A stretch of DNA of 64,000 bases from the human T2T-CHM13v2.0 reference genome, Homo sapiens. A model generated the notes under the pieces. The model had not been told where the DNA came from, did no database searches, and saw only the letters and a program-made list of their open reading frames with translations. This document shows, piece by piece, positions 32,645 to 64,000 of the stretch (position 1 is the first letter of the stretch; each line of letters begins with the position of its first letter). A program made the position numbers and the translations under genes. The DNA is taken from assembly GCF_009914755.1 (NCBI RefSeq), contig NC_060939.1; one strand, written 5' to 3'.

Positions 32645-33372
32645 GAGTAAATACGTAGTGTGATGTGTTCATACAATGGAATGACATACAGCAATGGAAA
32701 TGAGCAGGCTAAATCTATATGCAACATTATGGATGATTATGGATGAATTTTAGGTACAAATCTATTTACAACATTATGGATTCATTATAGGTGAATCTGA
32801 GATACAAAAGAACACATGCACAATTAGTGCCCTTGGACGGAGTTTCCTGATGGATCCCAGTCATCCGGAGTCAGTAGCAGCAGGGGAGCTCTTCACACGG
32901 CAATGTGTTGGGCGGGATGCTCCAGCAGGCGGCTCCTCTAGGGTAACTGCCTCTTGGATGAGCAGGTTTAGAGAACTAAGGAATTAGGGCTTCCTTTTTC
33001 TGGGGCAGGTAGAGAGGGAGAGAAAATGTGGCGGGGGGCAGGCATCTAAAAAATACTCACCTTAATCATTTTCAGCTCTGAATATTTCAAGGTTTTCTCT
33101 TCCTGTTCAGTGTTATTCCATTTGTAGTAAGTTTTAAAAACCAGGCCAGACTAACCTACAGTATTTAAGAGTATGTGTTTACAAAAGTCAAGATAATAGT
33201 TACCTTTGGGAGAACAAAGGGGATAGTGATTGAGAGAGGGTTGCTGGTAATGTTTTTATTGAGCTGAGTAATAGCTACATGGATGTCTGCTTTGTGGATA
33301 ATTTGTTGAGCTATACATTTTTGTATTGTGCTCTTTTCTGCCTTGCTGATTTCACAATAAAAAAGGTTTAAA
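30830..33372 (+). mobile_element. Old L1ME-type fragment (3' ORF2 remnant plus 3' UTR) interrupted by Alus (~31581-31998, ~32332-32640) and a non-repeat insert
   Basis: Degenerate ORF2 C-terminal homology (AAAGCTATAGCAATTAAGACAGTG, TCAGGAAAATGTAAATTAAAACCACAAT) and an L1M 3' UTR ending CACAATAAAAAA. Confidence 0.75.
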
Positions 33373-33625
33373 AAAGATCATAATTTTAAAATTCCCATTC
33401 AATTTCACTGAAGAAAAAAAAGGTATTCAGTGCCTATGTGTTAGACATGGTAGTCTTTTTCTGAAGCCAAGGGAGAAATGAAATATGAAGATGAATGGTA
33501 TGATTCCTGTCTTCAATAAGCTTACAATCTGAGAGATAAAGTATTACAAGGTAGAATTCAATAAGCAGCAAATAAAGGCACTGTTGTGTTATTTGCACAA
33601 CTTGGGTTTAAAACATCACGTTATC

Positions 33626-39112
<5,487 letters not shown>

Positions 39113-40387
39113 TTAATGACAGATTAGCATGGGCAGCAGTTTATCATGTACTTAAGTGTGAGGTTATTTGCCTTGCCCCATCATTGTCTAGGGGTCTCTA
39201 CCTGAGAGACCCTTTCTTAGGACATAAATATTTTAATTTCTGTCTTGTTCCAGGCATGTAAGGCAAATCTCCTAGCCAGATAGGACATTAGGCTGCTTAG
39301 TTCACAATTCACCATCTGAAAGGACCATTATAGTCGAAGGGATCTTAGAGATCATCTTGTTTTACCCATAAAAAATGTTGAGGTCAAAACAAGTTGAGCA
39401 ACTTGCCCAGGTTCATGGAGTTCCTTGAAGGACATGCCAACATCTAGATATCCTGCTTAGAGCTCAGTTTTCAGCCCCCAAGCCACGTGAATGACTGTAC
39501 GTGGATATATATTTTTATCACAGACTGCCAGTACCTTTTGTAAATTATAGTAACTCTTAGAGAAAAATGGCTAATGGGAAGAAAATTAATGCAGATTAAT
39601 GTGAGTAAAATTATCTAAATAAGTCATTGAGAAGTGATTGAGGAATAGCAATGCCTGTTCTTAGGATATAAGATATACTAGTTCTACACAATAGAATAGA
39701 TGTACATTTACATTATTTTAAAACTTATTTGAAAATTGGCTTTCAAAAAACCTTGTTTCAGCCATGACAGACAAATTTCCATTCTCTAAACTTCCACAGC
39801 AATGTTTCCTGTTTCTTCATGATGTATCCTCACCTGGATGTGCCTGTCCCCCCTTGTATACCTACGAACACATTCTCTCCTTACTCAAAACTCAGATCAA
39901 ATGGGCAACCTTCCCTGAACTTCAATCCCCCTGGTACCTCCAAGAAGGAATTAAGTATTTCTTTCTCCACGTTTCCATAGCAACTTACACTTACAGACAT
40001 TTCTTCTACAGTGGATTTTCACATTGCAAACTAGATACAATCAGATATGTAGGGAACATGAATCACAGGGCCTAGACTGGCTACAGGTTCTATAACATCA
40101 CTGTGATACAGAACTGCTGCTGCTTGTTGCACTAGGAACATAAGGTTGAATGAGAGGCTGGCAGCTCACTTGGCCTCTTGCTCATGCTTGGTGTTTGCAA
40201 ACTGGGCTGGGATTTGTTTTGCATTGCATTTCACTTTTCTGTGATCTCTATTATTAAAACAGATAATAAAAGTGATAAGCAGGTATATAAGTGCTGGGTT
40301 AACAACAGTAATTTGCAGAGCTAGAAAATAAAGGCCATGACTTGTGCACAAGTCAAGAGTAATAAATTCTTTGAAAAGACTTGCATT

Positions 40388-41037
<650 letters not shown>

Positions 41038-41039
41038 TA

Positions 41040-41368
41040 GTAATGAAGTATTGATACATGCTAAAAACATAGATGAAGCTCAAACACATTATGCTAAGTG
41101 AAATAATCCAATCACAAAAAACCCCATATAGTATGATACCATTTATATGAAATGTCCAGAACTGGTAAATCCATAGAGTCAAAAAGTAGGCCTAGACCTA
41201 GGGGGAGGAAGAATGGAGAGTGACTGCTTATGGATTTCTTTTTGGTATAATGGAAATAATCTGGAATTAGATAGTAGCAATTGTTGCACAGCTCTGTAAC
41301 TATACTAAAAATCATTGAATTATACACTTTAAATGGGTGAACATTATGGTATGTAAATTACATCTCCA
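41040..41368 (+). mobile_element. L1M (MB-like) 3' UTR fragment
   Basis: CATTATGCTAAGTGAAA...ATATGAAATGTCCAGAA...TGAATTATACACTTTAAATGGGTGAA. Confidence 0.75.
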
Positions 41369-41369
41369 G

Positions 41370-53626
<12,257 letters not shown>

Positions 53627-53967
53627 TAGGGATGATTGAGCAGTGAACTCAAAGGAGCCTGCCGTGTCAATCCTGAATGGCCGGCTTCTGGATTTATGTG
53701 TGAGAGAAGAAAATCCTATCTTGTTTATTTTTATTTATTTATTTTCCTGTTACATGGCACCAAACTTAATCCTAACTGATTTGCCATTTTGGAAACAAGA
53801 AAACTAAGGTTAAGTACCTTGCCCGATGTTACAAAATTAGTAAAAGTGAAGAGACGACTTTCAGCCCATGAATTCTTACTCCAGAGCCCACCTTACTCTT
53901 ACAGTATATTGCCTCATGCTACACAACTATAGGAAATGGATTTGTCATAGGGAAATAACACATGTGT

Positions 53968-54153
53968 TCTGTTGACCAGTATTGGATGGGGGGCTGGGGT
54001 ATTTCCTTTATGAAGCAGCCCTCTTTAGCTGAGGCAATTCTGAAGGTGGCTGACTGATCACTGAGAGGTGTCTGCTGACAGCACTCCCAGCAGCTGGGGG
54101 AATATGTCATTCATTCCTGAAGAGGGATCTGGGTGGCACACCACAGCATCCAT
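53968..54153 (-). mobile_element. LTR16-family (ERVL) LTR, 5' half
   Basis: Minus strand reads GATGCTGTGGTGTGCCACCCAGATCCCTCTTCAGG...CCCAGCTGCTGGGAGTG...CATCCAATACTGGTC, like the recalled LTR16C 5' part. Confidence 0.6.
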
Positions 54154-54251
54154 TACCCATGCTGGATATCATACTCCCTTCCTGTGCCTGTGGCTGAACT
54201 ATAAATCGACTACAGTTTGCTTTATCAATAAGTCCGGATATATTTTCCTAA

Positions 54252-54563
<312 letters not shown>

Positions 54564-54627
54564 TGAGCCATCACGCCCAGCCCAGGCATTGTTACTAATT
54601 GATTGCAGTTTGGCCTTTCCCTTTCGT

Positions 54628-54906
54628 TATCCAAAACCTGGTTGGTGTGGGAGTATAAAGGCCTGAGCCCTTCCAACCCAGGACAATTCTGAAGGGTCAC
54701 CACAGCTTCAGAGTTCTACGTGGAGCTGGCCGAAGCTTTCACTGAAACTTCCCAGCAGCCCAACTTCACCCTCTGCTCATCCTGTTTTCCTCTCTTTCTT
54801 TCCCTTCCCTTCTGCAGGTGGTGATCTCAAGAACACTCCCTAAAAAAACTTCCTATTACTAATCTCCATCTCATAGTCTGTTTTCTGGATAACCCAACCC
54901 ATGACA
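54628..54906 (+). mobile_element. LTR16-family (ERVL) LTR, 3' half
   Basis: GGACAATTCTGAAGGG...CAGCTTCAGAG...AATCTCCATCTCATAGTCTGTTTTCTGGATAACCCAACCCATGACA. Confidence 0.65.
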
Positions 54907-55059
54907 CCATGGCTTTATTCACACATTAACTGTTCCTAATTGGAAGGAAAGTACTTAATACATCTCAAGAAAAAGAAAACTCAGTTGTAATTAACGTTAT
55001 TTATTTTGGTCTACCCAATACACTGTTTCATAGTAACATACTGCCCACTGGCCAGAGAG

Positions 55060-55790
<731 letters not shown>

Positions 55791-55869
55791 CCTACATATC
55801 TGTGTATTTCTTATTTCTATGAGCTGCCATCTTCTCTAACCTAGTCCTACCAAATGTCCAAAATATTGA

Positions 55870-57285
<1,416 letters not shown>

Positions 57286-57379
57286 AAGAAACATTATTTA
57301 TCTATGATTACACTGCCTTTACAGTTACATCATATTTATGTCTATACTTGATAACATATTCTAAAAGACAGGAATGGAC

Positions 57380-57880
57380 TTTTTAAAAATAATTTTTTAG
57401 CAGCTTTAGATCTACAGAAAAATTGTGAAAATAGTAGAGTTCCCATATATCCCACACCGTTTCCCCTGCATTAGTATGGTGCATTTGTCACAATTAATGA
57501 ATCAGTACTGATATATTATTATTAACTAACATCCATACTTTATTCAGATTTCCTTAGTTTTTACCTAATGTCCTTTTCGTGTTCCAGGATCCCATCCAGG
57601 ATACATTTAATCATCATGTCTCCTTAAGCTTCTCTTGGCCATGAAAGATTTTCCAATTTTCCTTGTTTTTGATGACCTTGACAAGTTTGAGGAATACTGG
57701 TCAAGTATTTTTTAGAATGTCCTTCCACTGAGATTTGTCAGATGTTTTTCTCATGAGTAGACTAGGGTTATGAGTCTTTGTGAAGAAGACCACACAGAGT
57801 GCTACAATCATCATATTGTATCACCAATACATACTATCAACAGGACATCACTGTTGATGTTAACTTTGATTACCTGGTTT
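57380..57880 (-). mobile_element. L1MC 3' UTR fragment
   Basis: TTACCTAATGTCCTTTT...CCAGGATCCCATCCAGGATAC...GATGACCTTGACA...GTTAACTTTGATTACCTGG. Confidence 0.75.
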
Positions 57881-58018
57881 AAGGAATTGACTTTTACCTT
57901 AATTTGTTTAATGTCTAACTCAGAACTACATATGGGAGGGCACTTAAACACTGTCTTAATATCTGGTTTGTATTCAGTAGGAGGAACAGCTTGATGAGAC
58001 AACCATCAAAATGGAAAA

Positions 58019-58383
<365 letters not shown>

Positions 58384-58583
58384 TTACTACATAAATGACT
58401 TTCGGCAAGTTACCTCTGCACCTGTAAAATGGAATAATGGTACCCAATAGTTCTATTAAACATCTGTTGAGGAAATGTATGTGTATGTGTTTTGCACAAT
58501 ATTTATACTTTTAGATTTGCCTATGTAAAAATGAAAACACTCGTGGGAACAGTAAATCTTAAGTAGTTAACATAACTTTATAG

Positions 58584-58792
<209 letters not shown>

Positions 58793-60108
58793 TGAGTTGA
58801 GGAAAGCAGAGATGGAAAGGCTCTTTATAGTTAATGATTTCTCATTTTTGCTTTGCTTCCTTTTGCCAAAGTCGGCTTGTCATCTGAGAGTGGAGAGGAT
58901 TTGTTAGATCTTATGAAGCCAGAGCTCACTTCTGATGTGAACCAAGTATTAATAATTTTGGTGGTGGTTTTCTGTACTGCATCTGAGAGAGTAATCATTG
59001 TTCTTTGAAGATGCAATAATTCTACGCTACTACGGGACTTAGGGAAATAATTTTTGAGGATAGGAAGCACAGAATAATTAAGATGACAAGTCTTCCTGCC
59101 TCAAAATCATATCACTCTGATTCGAATAAAAAATACCAAGGTTTTTCCTTCTTGAGGTTTTATACTCATGGAAGTTCTTCAACCTGAGGTCTGAAAAATA
59201 AGGCAACCCCATCCTCTCCTTAAACAGGTTAGAGCCAGTACCTTTTTATTTCTCTATGCACGGACAAAATAATTATGCAAAAAAAAAAAAGAGGCAGGTT
59301 TTGTTTTTTTTTTTGCACTACTGAAATTCACACTTAACATATAAACAATCTGCTATATGCAGACAGCACTGGTGTTTAGAGTTCAATGATCTGGATTCAA
59401 GCCTATTTAAAACCAGATAAGAGAAAGTTCCCAAACATCTATGTGTCTTGGATTCTTCATCTGTAAAATTGCGTTGTTGAGAAGATAATATGAGACTAGG
59501 CGCGCAAAACAATTTGTTAGAGCTATTATTTCTAACCCGGAATGTGTTCGCTGGCAGTAACAGTGCATTAGTTACGATTCATCGAGGGCAGCTTCTGGAC
59601 TTTCTGTTTGGAAGCCCAGCTGAGGCAAAAGCAGCAGTGCGTTTAAAAATTGGAGCTCGCCACATTCTGAAATTCTTTCGGTTCGTGAAAGCAGTAACCT
59701 AGGAAACGAGACTGGCACCACCCCTTTCAGTCCTAAAGCTTGGTTTCTCCCGCTTTTCTCCATTATGTTTAGGGCATCGCTATTTTACAGTCTTTTTGTT
59801 TTTTCTTTCCACATCATTAGCACAAAAGAGAAATTCCCCTTCTACAGAAGCAAGTACAAAACCTTTCTAGTCGCTCCTTTTTGGCAGCAGCTCACCTACT
59901 ATTTTTTTCTATTCCGCGGTCGCAGCCCCAGACGTCCTCAAAGACAAATATTTTCGCGAGGGCCAGTGTAGGGCAGGAACTCCCTAGGCCTTGAATCAAG
60001 GGAATCCAGTAGATAACAACAGAAAGGACTCCGACCCAGGTACCTGAGACATCTGAGACCGCCAAAATTAACACAACACCCTACGCGACAGAGAAAACTC
60101 TGGGCGGG

Positions 60109-60128
60109 GAGAGAGAAAGAGAGCGAGC

Positions 60129-60201
<73 letters not shown>

Positions 60202-60221
60202 CGAGCGAGAGAGAGAGAGAG

Positions 60222-60286
<65 letters not shown>
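60109..60286 (+). repeat. Long interrupted (GA)n polypurine microsatellite
   Basis: About 178 bp of GA with GAAA and GC interruptions. Confidence 0.97.
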
Positions 60287-60287
<1 letters not shown>

Positions 60288-60701
60288 GAGAGGAAGCAAC
60301 GTTCTCGCGACAAGAGGGGTGTCGACGGAAACTCGGAAATGGTCCCCTAGACGACCCGGCCCCAGCTAGTGGGTGGGGCCAGGGTACATCCGCCCCTTTC
60401 CGGTTTTTTTCCCCGCCTCCCAACCGTGAGGTGTTGGGTTTGGGGGACGCTGGCAGCTGGGTTCTCCCGGTTCCCTTGGGCAGGTGCAGGGTCGGGTTCA
60501 AAGCCTCCGGAACGCGTTTTGGCCTGATTTGAGGAGGGGGGCGGGGAGGGACCTGCGGCTTGCGGCCCCGCCCCCTTCTCCGGCTCGCAGCCGACCGGTA
60601 AGCCCGCCTCCTCCCTCGGCCGGCCCTGGGGCCGTGTCCGCCGGGCAACTCCAGCCGAGGCCTGGGCTTCTGCCTGCAGGTGTCTGCGGCGAGGCCCCTA
60701 G

Positions 60702-61124
<423 letters not shown>

Positions 61125-62475
61125 TAGCTGTTGTCTTATGCCTTCCAGTATTTCAGTCCTGAAGGCTCCTTTCACCCCCAACAACCCTGTTTCTGTCAGA
61201 CTTTTCCCAGTTTATCAGTGCCACGTTCTCTGGTCCCTGCCAGAAAAAAATGACTGTAAATTCTGGTTCTCAAGAGTGGACTGTGTGCAGATGCTGCCTA
61301 TTCTCTAAGCTCAGCTGGTGAGTTGGCAGTAGTAATCATCTGGCCTGTGTGGCCCCCTTACCTTCAAAGACACACAAATCTGGCGACTGCCAGGTTTGGT
61401 GTGGTTATTGTCTCATTTTTATTCCGTGCACACTGATCAATATTAATTTCGTTATTTAAAGAACGAAGCCGCCTCTGACTCCTCTACTTATGGTAGTCAT
61501 CATATATTTTTTAAGCTGTGTGACTTTTAAAATCTCTATAGGGTGATGTATTGAATAACTAAATAATCAGCTATGACTGCCTTTTTGTGATCAAAATGTT
61601 ATGATAGATGGGCCCTCGAGCTATATGTGAGACACACTTGTGTCTTGGACATAGTTGATCCATCATTATCTACTCAATTTGAATTGTTAATGAAATCAGC
61701 CAAAAGATTAGAATCTGAAAATAAATTTTAAGCAGTGGAATGTCATGTCAGTGTCTTCATTGAAAGAAAATAGAATGAAATTTTGTATAGCTAAGTTGCT
61801 ATTAGGGTTGGTGTTTTATGCAGATGGAAAACTATACAAAGTTTTAAATATAAAAAGTTTAAAATTGAACTGTAATCATACTTGCTACTAAATAATCCTT
61901 GTTTTCATTAGCTCATTGGTAACTATATTAATAGTTTATGACTTAGCAACTTCTGTAGGTATAGTAGAGTTATGAAAATTTCTGGGCAGGATAGTAGATG
62001 CCTTTCTATACACTTCTTTGGTAATCTTCACATTTTTGTGTGTAAATGCCCATTATAATTACAAGTTTTACTTTGCATATCAAAATCACTTAAGGGTAAG
62101 TCATTATGAATTAAACTGTCTGTGAGCTTCTAACTTTCCTGTTGACAGCCTCTACCTGGCTTTCTTATTTCATGAAGATTAAGGCCCTCAGCTAAGTGCT
62201 TCCCTATAACCCCCTCCTCTTCACCATAACATAGACATGCTATGATAGGGTCAAGGAATCAGTACATTTATATGTGCGCTGCATGCTTAACTCTAAAGAC
62301 TGAAAAACTCTCGGGCAGAGTAGGTAGAAATCCATGAAAGTTTGGAGTATTAAAGTAAGGTCTTCCTACTTGGCATGGTTAAGCATTACAATTCACATTC
62401 TTCTCTCTGGTCTCAAAGGAAAGTCTCTTGTTGTAATTAATACTCTTGATTCCATTCTTTCATCCATTGGACTTT

Positions 62476-62507
<32 letters not shown>

Positions 62508-63878
62508 TTTTGAGACGGAGTTTTGTTTTTGTTGCCCAGGCAGGAGTGCAATGGCGTGATCTCAGCTCACTGCAACCTCCGCCCCCCCGGGGTTCAAGCA
62601 ATTCTCCTGCTTCAGCCTCCTGAGTAGCTGGGATTACAGGCATGCACCACCACGCCTGGCTAATTTTGTATTTTTAGTAGAGAAGGGGTTTCTCAATGTT
62701 GGTCAGGCTGGTCTTGAACTACCAACCTCAGGTGATCCGCCCGCCTCAGCCTCCCAAAGTGCTGGGATTACAGGTGTGAGCCACCATGCCCAGCCTCTTT
62801 TTTTTTTTTTTTTTTTAAAGAGACAGGGTCTCATTGTGTTGCCCAGGCTGGAGTGCAGTAGCTGTTACACAGGCATGATGCACTATAGCATTGAAATCCT
62901 GAGCTCAAGTGATCCTCCTGCTTCAGCCTCTGAGTAGCTGGGACTGCAGGTGTGCACCACCTTGCCCAGCTCTACTGAACTGTCTCTTTCAGTTTGTTTC
63001 ACTTTTTACCTTCAACAGTATGTGGGTGTCCCCTGTTCTCAGTAAAGGAAAAAAAATCTGTATATTCCTTTCTCCCAACCAACCCATTTGTTTTTTCACT
63101 TTCATTGCTAAAGTCAAATTATTGATGGTCTACAAATGTTCCATCTACCTATTTTTTCATAACCATCCTAATCTTAAAATGTCTGCCATCTTTCTTTCCT
63201 CCCCTTTTTTGAAACTATTCTCTTGAAGGTCACAAATGGCAGTCTTCCTAGTCAAAACCAAAGAATATTTTTATTCTTACTGTATTTGACCTCCCAGTAG
63301 TTTGATCCTGTTGATTGTCTCTAGCTATTTGGAAACTATTTTCTTTCTTGCTTCTGTTATACTGGACTCTCCAGTCTTATCTTCTTCACTATATTCTTTG
63401 CTGGATTTATTTTTTCTTTCCAGTCACCTAGTAAGGGACTCTGTTATTGAGCCTTTGCTCTCCCATAAGAGCAGTATTCCCCAAAGTAGTGTTAAACAGA
63501 ATACCCTTCTTGTAATATTTCTTAGGTGGTGAGGAGAAAAAAATGAAAACCTTTTTTGGAGGGAAATGTTAGTGTATCCTCCTCTTGGAATTCATAATGC
63601 CTGCTGGAATATAAAAGCTCTGAGAAATCCATTAATAAAGAAGGCTATTCAATTTTGTTTAACTCAGTCTTGTTTAGTTTATTTGATCACAGGTTACTAT
63701 TTTCATGGCCTACCTATTATGGCACAGAATAATATAGCAAAGCCCACTAGTTTGGGAAATATTGCCCTGGGTATCTTAACTACTTTTAAGTGTTTGGCTA
63801 ATATTTTATGCAGCTGGCTCACAAGACTGTATCTCTTATTGAATGTCAGTTCTGTGTGTGTATATGTGTATACATACA

Positions 63879-63909
<31 letters not shown>

Positions 63910-64000
63910 AGACAGAGTCTCGCTCGGTTAAGCAGGCTGGAGTACAGTGGTGTGATCTCGGCTCACTGCAAGCTCCGCCTCCTGGGTTCACGCCATTCTC
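62476..64000 (-). mobile_element. Intron 1 Alus: ~62476-62795, ~62798-62970, ~63895-64000 (cut by window end), with (TTG)n and (TA)n tails
   Basis: Reverse Alu consensus. Confidence 0.88.

Overview
This is primate (almost certainly human) genomic DNA. About 60 kb is very Alu-dense intergenic sequence, followed by the CpG-island promoter and first coding exon of GOLM2/CASC4 (+ strand, ATG 60723, splice donor at 61050). From recalled gene order, not from the sequence, this is chr15q15.3 between FRMD5 and GOLM2. Main mobile elements are a HERV-K(HML-2) LTR5 solo LTR (294-1312), a THE1 solo LTR (9496-9848), a near-full-length young LINE-1 (23734-29783), young AluYb8 and AluY copies, and many old Alu, L1M, L2, MIR, MER and MLT fragments. 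The L1 has an open ORF1 and ORF0, one nonsense codon in ORF2, and the ACG/A 3' UTR type. Almost all short ORFs in the track are Alu artefacts. I found no evidence for a wholly new gene system. The best leads are mechanistic: the L1's unusual ends and truncated EN+RT ORF2, two apparent templated insertions (30487-30644 and 32822-33110), an AluYb8 with a triplicated diagnostic 7-mer and a 36-bp duplication, a tailless U6 retrocopy, a split and inverted LTR16, a duplicated (GA)n tract in the GOLM2 promoter, and a candidate 82-nt 5' UTR intron. Subfamily calls come from remembered consensus sequences. Boundaries of old repeats are approximate.
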